DNA of 64,000 bases from Acidimicrobiia bacterium (GCA_027494115.1 JAOSJL010000001.1:767926-831925); one strand, 5' to 3'; counted from the stretch's first letter, positions 1-11,932 are shown. Made by a program: numbers and translations. Notes: a model not told the origin generated them from the letters alone.

Positions 1-1270
1 GGCGGATACGTCGCTCCACGACGTCGATCTCCATCGGCATCGAGTCGATCTCGATACGCAGACGTGACGCCGCCTCGTCGACGAGGTCGATCGCCTTGTC
101 GGGGAGCTGGCGACCGCTGACGTAGCGGTCGGACAGCATCGCGGCCGCCACGAGGGCCGCGTCCTGGATCCTCACTCCGTGGTGGACCTCGTAGCGCTCC
201 TTGAGGCCCCGCAGGATCCCGATCGTGTCCTCGACCGACGGTTCGCCCACGTAGACCTGCTGGAAGCGTCGCTCCAGGGCCGCGTCCTTCTCGATGTGTT
301 TGCGGTACTCGTCGAGGGTCGTGGCGCCGATCATGCGCAGTTCACCGCGGGCCAGCATCGGCTTGATCATGTTCCCGGCGTCGACTGCTCCTTCGGCGCC
401 GCCGGCACCGACGATGGTGTGCAGTTCGTCGATGAAGCTGATGATCTCGCCCTCCGCGTCGGCGATCTCCTTCAGGACCGCCTTGAAACGCTCCTCGAAC
501 TCGCCGCGGTACTTGGCGCCCGCGACCATCGAGCCGATGTCGAGCGAGACGAGTCGCTTGTTGCGCAGACCCTCGGGAACGTCGCCCTCCATGATCCGGC
601 GGGCGAGACCCTCCACGATCGCGGTCTTGCCCACACCCGGCTCACCTATCAGCACAGGGTTGTTCTTCGTACGGCGCGACAGGACCTGGATGACACGGCG
701 GATCTCGTCGTCGCGACCGATGACCGGGTCGATCTTGTTCTGGCGAGCCATCTCGGTGAGGTCGGTGCTGTACTTCTCCAGAGCCTGATAGGCCTCTTCG
801 GGATTCTCCGACGTGACGCGGTGGCTACCGCGGACGTCCTTCAAGGCGGTGAGCACGGCCTCGTGCGTGATCCCGAGACCGCGCAACAGGTCGCCGACGC
901 CCCCGACCACCTCGGTCATCGCCAGGAGCAGGTGCTCGGTGGAGAGGTAATCGTCGTCGAGACCGGCGCGTTCCTCGTCGGCCGACTCGAGCACCTCGTA
1001 CGTGGCGCGTTCGAGCGCCGGGTCCTGGGTCGTCGACCCGTACACCGACGGCAACGCCGCCAGGGCTTCGCCGGCAGCGTCGACGGCAGCCTTCGGCGCC
1101 ACACCGATGCGCTCCAGGACGGGCAGCACGACACCCTCGGCCTGGCCGAGAAGGGCCACGAGCAGGTGGATGGGAGTGACCTGCGAGTTGTTGCGCTCGC
1201 GCGCGAGCGACTGCGCGGCGCCGATCGCCTCCTGGGTCTTGCGCGTGAACCTGTTCGGGTCCAGGGTCAT
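1..1270 (-). CDS. clpB: ClpB disaggregase, N-terminal part (gene continues past window start)
   Basis: Runs off the window edge, so it is absent from the ORF track. My reverse-strand translation from ATG 1270 (GGAAGGAG upstream) reads [37 protein letters not shown]..., then Walker [19 protein letters not shown] and [15 protein letters not shown] overlap with the hspR stop. Confidence 0.9.
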   Translation of the reverse strand, partial: MTLDPNRFTRKTQEAIGAAQSLARERNNSQVTPIHLLVALLGQAEGVVLPVLERIGVAPKAAVDAAGEALAALPSVYGSTTQDPALERATYEVLESADEERAGLDDDYLSTEHLLLAMTEVVGGVGDLLRGLGITHEAVLTALKDVRGSHRVTSENPEEAYQALEKYSTDLTEMARQNKIDPVIGRDDEIRRVIQVLSRRTKNNPVLIGEPGVGKTAIVEGLARRIMEGDVPEGLRNKRLVSLDIGSMVAGAKYRGEFEERFKAVLKEIADAEGEIISFIDELHTIVGAGGAEGAVDAGNMIKPMLARGELRMIGATTLDEYRKHIEKDAALERRFQQVYVGEPSVEDTIGILRGLKERYEVHHGVRIQDAALVAAAMLSDRYVSGRQLPDKAIDLVDEAASRLRIEIDSMPMEIDVVERRIR

Positions 1271-1686
1271 CTGGATCTCCTTCCTGAGCCTCGCCGGATC
1301 GGAAGCCTGTTGCGGCTGACGGGCACGAGGTCGCGTCGGTAGCTCCGGTGGACCTCCTCCACCTGCTCAACTGCAAGACGGCGCGTCTCGTCTACCTCGC
1401 GCTCGAGCGCCTCGATCCGCGCGCGGGTCCGCGCGAGTTGGTCTTCCAGGGCCAGCACCCGCTGCACGCCGGCGAGGTTCAAGCCCTCGTTCGTGAGTTG
1501 CTGGATCCGCTCCAGGAGTGCGACGTCGGACTCCGAATACCGGCGACTGCGCCCGCTGGTCCGCTCCGGCTCGATGAGACCCTTGCGCTCGTACATCCGA
1601 AGCGTCTGCGGGTGCAGGCCCGCCAACTCGGCCGCGACCGAGATCACGTACAGCGCCTGATCGTCTGACTTGCGCTTTCCACTCAT
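1267..1686 (-). CDS. hspR: HspR heat-shock repressor (MerR family)
   Basis: 139 aa. MerR-type [53 protein letters not shown]. Sits directly after dnaJ, as in actinobacterial dnaK operons. Confidence 0.9.
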   Translation of the reverse strand: MSGKRKSDDQALYVISVAAELAGLHPQTLRMYERKGLIEPERTSGRSRRYSESDVALLERIQQLTNEGLNLAGVQRVLALEDQLARTRARIEALEREVDETRRLAVEQVEEVHRSYRRDLVPVSRNRLPIRRGSGRRSR

Positions 1687-1699
1687 ACGCCCATCCCAC

Positions 1700-2857
1700 T
1701 CATACGCCCAGATGCTCCCGCGGGTTGTCGGTGATCGTCTCGGCCAGCGCCTCGACGGCCTGCTTCTGCGCCTTGGGCATCTTGCGGGGCACGGCGACCT
1801 CGAACCTGGCGAGCAGGTCTCCGGCCTTGCCCTTGGCCGGCTTCACGCCCCGGCCGCGGATGCGTTGCACCGTGCCACTCGCTGTGCCGGCCTTGATCTT
1901 CACTGTCACGGGGTCGTCCATCGTGGGGACCTTCACGGTCGCACCGAGGGCCGCCTCCGGGTAGGTGACCGGCACGGTGACGGTCAGGTCCTTGGCTCCC
2001 TTCCGGGCGAAGAACGGGTGTTTCGTGACGTGGACGCCGACGTACAGATCTCCTGCCGGACCTCCGTTGGATCCGGCCGCGCCACGGCCCTTCACGCGGA
2101 TGCGCTTCCCGTCGGTGACGCCCGCCGGGATCCGCACCTTCACCGTGCGCGGACGTCGCTCGACACCGTGCCCGTGACACCGCGAACAGGGATCGCGCAC
2201 GATCCGGCCGGCGCCGCCGCACGACGGGCACACCTCGGAGAACGAGAAGGGGCCCTGGTCGACAGCGATGGCGCCCGAGCCGCCGCACTGCGAGCACACC
2301 TCCGGTGTGGTGCCGGGCGCGGCACCGCTGCCGTGGCAGACCGAGCACGCCGCGTCGGCGGTGAAGGTCACCGAGGTCTCGGCGCCGCGCACGGCGTCGT
2401 CGAAGCTCAACGTCAGCTCGGTTTCCAGGTCCTGACCGCGCCGAGGCCCCGCGGAGGCGCCGCGTCCGCCCCCGCGTCCTCCCGCACCGCCGAACATCTG
2501 CCCGAAGATGTCGCCGAGATCGGCACCCTGGGCGCCGCCGAAGCCCGGACCGCCGAATCCTCCGAATCCACCGGCGCCGGGTCCGAATCCACCGGCGCCG
2601 TCGGGGCCCACGCCCGAGGCCACCATCTGGCGGACCTCGTCGTACTCCTTGCGCTTCTCGGCGTCGCCGAGCACGTCGTACGCCGCGGACACGTCCTTGA
2701 AGCGCTCTTCGGCGGTGGCATCGCCCTTGTTGGCGTCGGGATGGTTGGCCTTGGCGAGTTTCCGGTAGGCCTTGGAGATCTCCTCGGAGGACGCGCCGGA
2801 ATCGACACCGAGGTCGGCGTAGTAGTCCTTCTCGAACCACTCACGCTTCGGTGTCAC
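1700..2857 (-). CDS. dnaJ: Chaperone DnaJ
   Basis: 385 aa. J domain (DYYADLGV...HPD), G/F-rich linker, and four CxxCxG zinc-finger repeats (CSVCHGSG, CSQCGGSG, CPSCGGAG, CSRCHGHG). Confidence 0.95.
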   Translation of the reverse strand: MTPKREWFEKDYYADLGVDSGASSEEISKAYRKLAKANHPDANKGDATAEERFKDVSAAYDVLGDAEKRKEYDEVRQMVASGVGPDGAGGFGPGAGGFGGFGGPGFGGAQGADLGDIFGQMFGGAGGRGGGRGASAGPRRGQDLETELTLSFDDAVRGAETSVTFTADAACSVCHGSGAAPGTTPEVCSQCGGSGAIAVDQGPFSFSEVCPSCGGAGRIVRDPCSRCHGHGVERRPRTVKVRIPAGVTDGKRIRVKGRGAAGSNGGPAGDLYVGVHVTKHPFFARKGAKDLTVTVPVTYPEAALGATVKVPTMDDPVTVKIKAGTASGTVQRIRGRGVKPAKGKAGDLLARFEVAVPRKMPKAQKQAVEALAETITDNPREHLGV

Positions 2858-2882
2858 CGCGCGCCCTTCATCGCGGCCACCT

Positions 2883-3459
2883 TCATCGCGCCACCTTCAC
2901 CATTGCCGGTCGCAGCACCCGCCCCTTCAGGCGGTAGCCGGTCCGCACCGTCTCGGCCACCACCGTCTCGCCGCCGCCGTCTCCCTCCGCATCTCTCTCG
3001 ACGGTCATGACAGCCTCGTGCTCGTTCGGGTCGAAGGTCGAGCCGTCGGCCGCGATCCGCTCGAGCCCCGCCTTCTCGAGGGCCCCGAGGAACTCCGCGT
3101 AGACGAGCTCCACTCCCTTGCGGACATTGGCGGTCTCCGGCGCATCCTCCATGCCGACGAGAGCGAGCTCGAAGTTGTCGAGCACCGGCAGCAGCGTCTC
3201 CAGCAGACCCTCGGTGGCCCGCTGGGCACGTTCGGCCTGCTCCCGTTGCGTGCGCTTCCGGAAGTTCTCGAAGTCGGCCTGGACGCGACGTAGCTGCTCG
3301 ACGAGCTCGTCGCGCTCGCGCGTCACATCGTCGGCGTATTCGGCTTCCGCGTCACCCGTCGCCTCGATGGGTTCGTCCACTGCTTCGCCCACTGGCCCTT
3401 CGAGGTCGGCGACTTCCGCAGGAGTGCCCGCGTCGGGCAGACCCCGTCGGGACCGGCCA

Positions 3460-3460
<1 letters not shown>
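2883..3460 (-). CDS. grpE: Nucleotide exchange factor GrpE (probable 1-nt homopolymer discrepancy near the 5' end)
   Basis: GrpE core ELVEQLRRVQADFENFRKRTQRE...VLPVLDNFELAL...FDPNEHEAV. ATG at 3460 shares its A with the dnaK stop (TGATG) but is 1 nt out of frame with the core. Adding one base to the C4 run at 3442-3445 joins MAGPDG to GLPDAGTPAEVADLEG. The raw ORF 2883..3569 would overlap dnaK by about 110 nt. Start is uncertain. Confidence 0.8.
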
Positions 3461-5316
<1,856 letters not shown>

Positions 5317-5396
5317 GTGGTGATGCTTCTCCTGCTCCGGTGGGGCGATGCCCGCGGTTCTGCCCGCTGAGGCTTGGTAGTCGTCTACTCCACAAC

Positions 5397-5417
5397 CTTG
5401 AGTGTGCCCTTGTCAAC
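5397..5417. promoter_or_regulatory. HAIR-like HspR operator overlapping a TTGACA -35 box upstream of dnaK
   Basis: Plus strand reads CTTGAGT-gtgccct-TGTCAAC. One perfect half of the HAIR consensus CTTGAGT-N7-ACTCAAG, with the other half matching 4/7. On the dnaK strand the weak half reads GTTGACA, which contains TTGACA. No convincing -10 was found. Confidence 0.45.
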
Positions 5418-5525
5418 TCGTGGCCTGCGTATTTCATTCCCGACATCCCCGAGAATCTGCGGATTCGCCTACACTCCCCGCGGTTCGGCGGTGCTTGGGA
5501 GCCAGCGGGGGGACGGGTCCGGCCA

Positions 5526-6910
5526 GTGGGCAGACGCATCCGGATCATCGTCGGGCTCGCCATGCTCGCCGCTGTGCTGCTCGGCGCCTTTCCCGGCCTC
5601 ACGGGGGGCTTCACCGGAGATCCCGCCGGGGCCCAGGAATCCGGCGACGAGACTCCGGGGAGTGAGACTCCGGGGAGCGAGACTCCGGCTGGCGACGCCC
5701 CCGCCGACGAGGCTCCCGCTGAACGCATCTTCGGCACGATCAAGGACGCCGACGGAGAGCCGATCGAGGGTGTCGCGATCATCGTCGAGATCAACGGCGA
5801 CACCGTCGACGAGGTCGAGACCGCCGCCGACGGCACGTTCGAGGTAGCCCTGCCCGGCGGCGGTACCTACCAGGTGACGCTCGACGAGGACTCGCTTCCC
5901 GACGGCGTGGCGCTGCGCGATCCCGAGCGCGCCACTCTGGATGAAGTCCTCATCCGGCCCGGCCAGGCACGAGCGGTCCTCTTCGCCATCGGCGAGTCGG
6001 GCGGCGCGGCGTCTCCCACCGTTCTCGAGCGCTTTCTCAACAGGTTCGTCGCGGGCCTGCGATTCGGACTCATCATCGCGGTGGCGGGGGTCGGGCTGAC
6101 GCTCGTGTTCGGCACCACGGGCCTCGTGAACTTCGCCCAGGGCGAGCTCGTGACCCTCGGCGCGCTCGTCGCGTGGTACCTGAACGCCGGTGCGGGCGGA
6201 CCGGGGTGGCCCCTGATACTGGCCGGGGTCCTCGCCGTGATCGCAGGTGGCCTCTTCAGCGGCCTCACCGACCTCGCACTGTGGCGACCCCTCCGAAAGA
6301 AGCACACAGGGCCGGTGGCCGCCATGGTCGTGTCGATCGGGCTGGCGCTGTTCCTGCGCCACATCTACCTCGTGGTCTTCGAGGGCCAGCCGCGGCCCTT
6401 CGCCGACTACACGGTCCAGCGGGCCTGGGATCTCGGGATCCTCGAGATCGCCCCCAGGACCTGGCGATCATGATCATCGGAGCTGTCGCTCTCATCGGGG
6501 TCTCGGTCCTCCTCCAGCGCACACGGATCGGCACGGCCATCCGGGCGGTGTCCGACAACCGCGACCTCTCGGAGGCCTCCGGTATCGACGTCGAGCGCGT
6601 GATCCTCGTCGTGTGGATCGTCTGCGGAGCCCTGGCGGCTCTGGGCGGCGTGCTGCTCGGGCTCACCGAGTCGGTCCAGTGGGACATGGGACTGCGCATC
6701 CTGCTCGTCATGTTCGCCGCGGTGATCCTGGGCGGACTCGGATCGGCCTACGGTGCCATGCTCGGCGGCATCCTCGTCGGCGTCGTGTCGGAAGTGTCCA
6801 CCTACTGGTTCCCGACCGACTACAAGGTCGTCTTCGCACTGGGCGCTCTGATCCTGGTCCTGCTCGTGCGCCCCCAGGGAATCATGGGAGTCCGGGAGCG
6901 GATCGGATGA
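5526..6910 (+). CDS. livH: Branched-chain amino acid ABC transporter permease (LivH family) with N-terminal extension; reading frame broken at 6451-6455
   Basis: Putative GTG 5526 gives a signal/TM-like start VGRRIRIIVGLAMLAAVLLGA. This is followed by an ETPGSETPGSETP linker, a beta-rich domain, then the permease core (GLIIAVAGVGLTLVFGTTGLVNFAQGELV...). The frame ends at TGA 6471-6473. The permease continues in another frame (QDLAIMIIGAVALIGVSVLLQRTRIGTAIRAVSDNRDLSEASGI...LVRPQGIMG) to 6910. One extra C in the C5 run restores a single ORF. Confidence 0.8.
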
Positions 6911-6929
6911 ACCGGACGGGGCGACGCTG

Positions 6930-7919
6930 ATGGACTGGGGTGGGATCTTCGCCGACGCCGTGCGCACCGCCATCGGAGTCCAGGCGGCCGCGTACGCCCT
7001 CACCTCCGTCGGGCTGAACCTGCACTACGGCTACACCGGCCTGCTCAACTACGGCCAGGTCGGCTTCATGCTCGTGGGCGCCTACGGCACGGCCATCACC
7101 GCCGATGCCGGACTTCCGCTGTTCCTGGCGATCCTCGTGGGTGTGGCGGCGGCGGTCGTGCTCGGCCTGATCATGGGTCTGCCGACACTCCGCCTGCGCG
7201 CCGAGTACCTCGCCATCGTCACCATCTCGATGGCCGAGATCCTCCGTCTGGTGGCGCGCTCGCGTCCGATGGAGGGATTCACCGGAGGCTCCTTCGGTAT
7301 CAAGGGGTTCGCCAACGCCTTCTACGACCTCAACCCGATACCCAGCGGCGACTACGGCTTCTGGGAGATCACGTTCTCCAGCCGCGCGCTCTGGGTCATG
7401 ACCGTCGGGTGGGGTCTCGTGGCGCTGGCCTCGCTGTTCATCTGGCTCCTGATCCGCAGCCCGTGGGGCAGGGTCCTCAACGCCATCCGCTCCGACGAGG
7501 ACACCGCCCGGGCGGTGGGCAAGAACGTGTTCTCCTACAAGCTCCAGAGCCTCGTGATCGGTGGCGTGATCGGAGCGCTCGCCGGCACCCTGATCGCCAT
7601 CGACGCCCAGTTCACCGCGCCGGAATTCTGGGACTCGGTGGTCACGTTCTTCGCCTACACCATCATCATCCTGGGCGGGCCCGGGAGAATCTTCGGCCCG
7701 ATTCTGGGAAGCGTGATCTTCTGGTTCCTTCTCGGATTCACCGACCAGTTCCTCCGTGAGGCGATCCACGCCGGGTGGCCGGTCGTCAGCCTCCTGGAAC
7801 CCACCGACATCGGCGCCGTACGGTTCGCGCTGGTCGGTCTCGGCCTCATGGTGCTCATGATCTACCGACCGCAGGGGATTCTGGGCAGTCGCGCGGAAAC
7901 CCTCGTGGGAGACCGCTGA
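6930..7919 (+). CDS. livM: Branched-chain amino acid ABC transporter permease (LivM family)
   Basis: 329 aa, multi-TM. LNLHYGYTGLLNYGQVGFMLVGAYG is typical of LivM-type permeases. Operon context supports the call. Confidence 0.88.
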   Translation: MDWGGIFADAVRTAIGVQAAAYALTSVGLNLHYGYTGLLNYGQVGFMLVGAYGTAITADAGLPLFLAILVGVAAAVVLGLIMGLPTLRLRAEYLAIVTISMAEILRLVARSRPMEGFTGGSFGIKGFANAFYDLNPIPSGDYGFWEITFSSRALWVMTVGWGLVALASLFIWLLIRSPWGRVLNAIRSDEDTARAVGKNVFSYKLQSLVIGGVIGALAGTLIAIDAQFTAPEFWDSVVTFFAYTIIILGGPGRIFGPILGSVIFWFLLGFTDQFLREAIHAGWPVVSLLEPTDIGAVRFALVGLGLMVLMIYRPQGILGSRAETLVGDR

Positions 7920-8776
7920 TGAACCAGCCCACCACACCCGCTCGTAGCGTTCTGGGCGACGTCGAACCGCGTCCGGGTGTGGCGAAGCCCGATCCGATCC
8001 TTGTCGCCGACGGCGTTCAACGGCGGTTCGGTGGCCTCAGCGCCGTCGACGTGGAGCACCTCGAGGTGCAGCGGGGAACGATCACCGCGCTCATCGGTCC
8101 CAACGGTGCGGGGAAGACGACGTTGTTCAATCTCCTCACCGGATTCGACCGGGCCGACGCCGGTGAGTGGGCCTTCGACGGCACCCGCATCGAGAAGAAG
8201 TTCGCCTATCAGGTGGCGCGAACCGGCATGGTGCGGACGTTCCAACTCACCAAGGCCCTGCCCCTCATGTCGGTGCTCGACAACATCACGATCGCTGCGG
8301 GTGACCAGCGAGGAGAGCACTTTCTCGCCGCGCTCATAGCTCCCCTCTGGAGACCACAGGAGCGTCGGATCGCGGCCCGTGCCCACGAACTGCTCGACGC
8401 CATCGGAATGAGCGACAAGGCCGATGACCTGGCGGGCACGCTGTCAGGAGGCCAGCGCAAGCTCCTGGAACTGGCGCGCTCGATCATGGCCGAACCGTCA
8501 CTGGTCATGCTCGACGAGCCGACCGCGGGCGTGAACCCCGCGCTCACCCAGACCCTGCTGACCCACATCACCGACATCCGTGAGACCGGTCGCACGGTGC
8601 TGTTCGTCGAGCACGACATGGACGTGGTCATGCAGATCAGCGACTGGGTGGTGTGCATGGCCGAGGGTCGGATCATCGCCGAAGGACCCCCGCGCGTCAT
8701 CGGCGCCGACCCTGCCGTCATCGACGCCTATCTCGGGCGTCATCACGGGGAAAAGCATCTCGGGGAGAAGCAATGA
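7919..8776 (+). CDS. livG: ABC transporter ATP-binding protein (LivG-like)
   Basis: ATG 7919 overlaps the livM stop (TGATG). Walker A GPNGAGKTT, signature LSGGQRKLLELAR, Walker B LVMLDEP. Confidence 0.9.
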   Translation: MNQPTTPARSVLGDVEPRPGVAKPDPILVADGVQRRFGGLSAVDVEHLEVQRGTITALIGPNGAGKTTLFNLLTGFDRADAGEWAFDGTRIEKKFAYQVARTGMVRTFQLTKALPLMSVLDNITIAAGDQRGEHFLAALIAPLWRPQERRIAARAHELLDAIGMSDKADDLAGTLSGGQRKLLELARSIMAEPSLVMLDEPTAGVNPALTQTLLTHITDIRETGRTVLFVEHDMDVVMQISDWVVCMAEGRIIAEGPPRVIGADPAVIDAYLGRHHGEKHLGEKQ

Positions 8777-9524
8777 CCGCCGGTACGAGCGACGCCTACA
8801 CCGCTCCCGTCATCGCCGCACGCAACATCGTCGCCGGCTATGTACCGGGTGTCGACATCCTGGTCGACTGCTCACTCGAAGCCGCCGACGGTGAATTGGT
8901 CGGCATCATCGGCCCGAACGGCGCCGGCAAGTCGACGCTCCTCAAGGCTCTCTTCGGACTCGTGGGTGTACGGGCGGGATCGGTCCATCTGCGCGACGAC
9001 GACATCACACACGCGGCCGCTCACCAGCTCGTCGAACTGGGCATCGGTTACGTGCCCCAGAGCCTGAACGTGTTCAGCACCCTCACCGTCGAGGACAACC
9101 TGCGGATGGGCGCATTCCTCACGCCGCGTCGGTTCGAACGGCGGATGGACGAGCTCACCGCGCACTTCCCGATCATCGCCGAACGCCGCCACCAACGAGC
9201 AGGCTCACTGTCAGGGGAGAGCGTCAGAGGCTCGCCATGGCGCGTGCGCTGATGACGGAGCCGTCGGTCCTGCTTCTCGACGAGCCGTCGGCGGGGTTGT
9301 CGCCCGCGATGCAGGACGACGTGTTCGACCGCATCGCCTCGATCAACGCCGCGGGCACCACCGTCGTGATGGTGGAGCAGAACGCCCGGCGATGCCTGCT
9401 CATCGCCGATCGGGGCTACGTGCTCGACCAGGGTTCGAACGCGTACACGGGGACCGGCGAGGCGCTGCTGAAGGATCCCAAGGTCATCGAGCTCTACCTC
9501 GGCACCCTCGCCACCGCCGACTGA
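8773..9524 (+). CDS. livF: ABC transporter ATP-binding protein (LivF-like); frame broken at G4 run 9214-9217
   Basis: ATGA overlap with the livG stop. Walker A GPNGAGKST. After RAGSLSG the ABC signature and Walker B (GERQRLAMARALMTEPSVLLLDEPSAGL) continue in the frame of ORF 9237..9524. One extra G restores SLSGGERQRLAMARAL. Confidence 0.85.
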
Positions 9525-9538
9525 CCCACCCGCGCGAC

Positions 9539-9660
9539 CTGAGGCGTGCCGGGACGGGAGCGGTGCACGCACACCAGAGCCGTGCACGCCTCACCCCCGG
9601 AGGGACAGAACTGAGGCGTGCCGGGACGGGAGCGGTGCACGCCTCACCCCCGGAGGGACA
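9539..9660. repeat. Two tandem copies of a hairpin-forming intergenic repeat
   Basis: CTGAGGCGTGCCGGGACGGGAGCGGTGCACGC occurs at 9539-9570 and 9611-9642. GCCTCACCCCCGGAGGGACA occurs at 9588-9607 and 9641-9660. Each copy can pair GAGGCGTGC with GCACGCCTC. Copy 1 carries a 19-nt internal duplication. Confidence 0.6.
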
Positions 9661-9673
9661 GGAGAGACGCGAA

Positions 9674-9699
9674 ACGGGGCCCGGTCTCCCGGGCCCCGT
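9674..9699. terminator. Bidirectional stem-loop terminator between convergent livF and the binding-protein gene
   Basis: Perfect 11-bp stem ACGGGGCCCGG / CCGGGCCCCGT with a TCTC loop, followed by a T-rich tract (cgtcttttcc). Confidence 0.7.
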
Positions 9700-9737
9700 C
9701 CGCTACTCGTCTTTTCCGTCTCGGTGATCGGAACGGA

Positions 9738-11042
9738 TCAGCTTCCCGTCTCGTCGATCACGATCTGGTCTTCACCTTCGACGTTGGTGTCGGCGCCCGT
9801 CTCGTCGTAGGCCCAGACGTCGTAGACGCCCCGCTGTGGCTCGCCGACCTCAGAGAAGTCGAGCGGGCCCGAAGCGCCTTCGTAGTTGATCGTCTCACCG
9901 TCCTCGAGGAGCTGCTTGCACTCCGCGAACGCCTTGCACTCGTTGTCACCCGTCAGGATGTCAGCGATCGCGTCCTTGATGGCCGACGGGTCGTCAGACC
10001 CTGCCGACTGGGCCGCGAGCGCCGTGATGATCGTGCAGTCGTAGAAGTACGAGGAGAAGATCGTGTCCTCGCCCGTCTCCGCATAGACCGCCTCGAACGG
10101 GTGGTCGGCGCCACCGGGTGACGCGGCCGGAGCGGTTCCCCGCACGCCCACGAGCACCGCCGGGTTGGCCGGGTCGACCGCCTCGAAGAAGCTGCTGCCC
10201 TTCGAGCCGTCGGCCATGTAGGTCGGGATGTCGGCCGGGCCGGCTCCCGCCTGGATCAGCGCCTGCTCGACCAGACCACCGTCGTCGTTGAAGCCGATGA
10301 GCACCACGGCTTCGGCACCTGCGTCCACGACTTCCTGCGCCTCGGCGTCGAAGTTCGTGCCCTCGGGGTCATACGCGACCTCGGCACTCACGGTACCGCC
10401 TCCGTCCTCGAACGCCGTCTTGATGGCGTCGGTGAAGCCGACGCCGTAGGAGTCGTTACGGGCGATGATGGCGACGTTGGTGATGCCATCTGCCGCCAGC
10501 AGCTGGGCCATGGCCGGACCCTGGAGCTTGTCGGGCGGAGCGGTCCGGAAGTAGAAGCCGTTGTCATCGATGTCGGTGAGCTCCGGCGACGTGTTCGAAC
10601 CCGAACACATGACAACGCCCTCACTCGTGACCTTGTCGACAACGGCCAGGCTCACGCCCGAAGCCGCTGCACCCAGAATCACGTCCACGTCGTCGGCCAG
10701 GAGCTGGTCGACGGCCGCAGAGGCGATGTCGGGGTCGGTTCCCGAGTCGGCCGCGATCACGCTCACGGGTTCGCCGTTCACACCGCCCGCGTCGTTGATC
10801 TCCTGCTCGGCGATGTCGATCGGCGTGCTGAGCGCGCCGATGATCGCGGAGAGGTCGCCCGTCTCAGGCAACAGTTGGCCGTAGGTGAGCATGCCGTCGC
10901 CACCGGACGAACCAGCTTCGGTGGTCGTCGATTCGTCCCCGGTCGACGTACTGCTCGAGTCGTCATCGCTGTCGCAGGCGGCGGCGAACAGACCGACCAC
11001 CGCGACGACAGCGAAGAGTCGTACCCAATTGTTCTTTCTCAT
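9738..11042 (-). CDS. ABC transporter substrate-binding lipoprotein (Leu/Ile/Val-binding type)
   Basis: 434 aa. Lipoprotein signal MRKNNWVRLFAVVAVVGLFAAAC followed by a D/S/T-rich linker. Overall type-I periplasmic-binding-protein character, adjacent to the liv permease/ATPase genes. Confidence 0.8.
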   Translation of the reverse strand: MRKNNWVRLFAVVAVVGLFAAACDSDDDSSSTSTGDESTTTEAGSSGGDGMLTYGQLLPETGDLSAIIGALSTPIDIAEQEINDAGGVNGEPVSVIAADSGTDPDIASAAVDQLLADDVDVILGAAASGVSLAVVDKVTSEGVVMCSGSNTSPELTDIDDNGFYFRTAPPDKLQGPAMAQLLAADGITNVAIIARNDSYGVGFTDAIKTAFEDGGGTVSAEVAYDPEGTNFDAEAQEVVDAGAEAVVLIGFNDDGGLVEQALIQAGAGPADIPTYMADGSKGSSFFEAVDPANPAVLVGVRGTAPAASPGGADHPFEAVYAETGEDTIFSSYFYDCTIITALAAQSAGSDDPSAIKDAIADILTGDNECKAFAECKQLLEDGETINYEGASGPLDFSEVGEPQRGVYDVWAYDETGADTNVEGEDQIVIDETGS

Positions 11043-11266
11043 GAATGCTGCCCCCCAAGGCTGCAGTGAATGTTTCCCATGCTCACCGCGCTCACCTTGG
11101 ACCGCGACTCGCTCGTGCGGGTGCGAACACTAGCCACCGCGCCGCGCCGGCGCGGGTCGGGGCGTTCGCATTCCGGCGAATGCAGCGAGGATTTGTTCGG
11201 TTTGCCCGACCTTGCCCGCTCCCCGCCCGTTCCCCGAGGCCGTGCGGCGGGGAAAACGAGGCGGAC

Positions 11267-11872
11267 GTGCACCGTGCGCTCTGTCAGGATCAGCCGGTGA
11301 CTGCTCCGATCGCGATCCGGGCACTCGATGTGCACGTGGCGACCGACGTCGACCGCGGACGCCGTGTCCTCGCCGAGTACGTACAGGTCACCGCCGACGA
11401 GATCCTCGAGGCCCGCGACCCCGCGGCCGGTTCGACCCGCGAGGACGCGTTGGCGTTCATCCACGGGGTCATGCCCGACAGCCGTGACCTCGTCGGCGTC
11501 TACGGCAACGACCGCGCTGTGTTCCTCGTGGCGGAAACACCCGCTTCGGCCGGCAGCTCCAGCGACGCGGACTTCGTCGGTTGCGTCGGTATCACCCCCG
11601 TGGATCCCCCGGAGGCGACGGAGGCACTGCGGGGCGCGTGCGAGATGAACCGGCTCTACGTGGCAGCACGGGTCCGTCGTGCGGGTCTGGGCCGTCGCCT
11701 CGTCGACGCCTCACTCGACGCGGCGCGATCACTCGGCTTCTCGCGGATGGTCCTCGACGTCGTGCCCTACCGCACCGGAGCGATCGCGCTCTATCGTTCC
11801 GCCGGCTTCCGTGACGGGCCGCACGTGATCGACCATCCGATCTGTACGGTCCCGCTCGAGCGCGATCTGTGA
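11267..11872 (+). CDS. GNAT family N-acetyltransferase
   Basis: C-terminal part of ORF 11045..11872. Acetyl-CoA pocket motif RVRRAGLGRRLVDASLDAAR and ...ALYRSAGF. Start uncertain (GTG 11267 or GTG 11297). Confidence 0.7.
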   Translation: MHRALCQDQPVTAPIAIRALDVHVATDVDRGRRVLAEYVQVTADEILEARDPAAGSTREDALAFIHGVMPDSRDLVGVYGNDRAVFLVAETPASAGSSSDADFVGCVGITPVDPPEATEALRGACEMNRLYVAARVRRAGLGRRLVDASLDAARSLGFSRMVLDVVPYRTGAIALYRSAGFRDGPHVIDHPICTVPLERDL

Positions 11873-11932
11873 GCGCCCCGGGCCCGCGCCGTCCCGCCCG
11901 GCTCGTCAGCACGGCGGAGGGAACCCACCACG

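Noticed and set aside
179-1342. Long ORFs antisense to well-supported genes. Examples: 179..1342 opposite clpB, 3118..5370 opposite dnaK, 1670..3010 opposite dnaJ, 35786..37555 opposite NfeD/SPFH, 60471..62495 opposite dnaA, and 55444..56793 opposite parA.
   Set aside because: These are typical stop-codon-poor shadow ORFs of a high-GC genome. Their translations are Arg/Gly/Pro/Ala-rich and low-complexity with no family motifs, and the opposite strand carries unmistakable conserved proteins.
11150-11200. Imperfect palindrome GCATTCCGGCGAATGC in the divergent spacer between the binding-protein gene and the GNAT gene, considered as an operator.
   Set aside because: Only 6-bp arms with a mismatched centre, a single occurrence, and no associated regulator gene. 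The evidence is insufficient.
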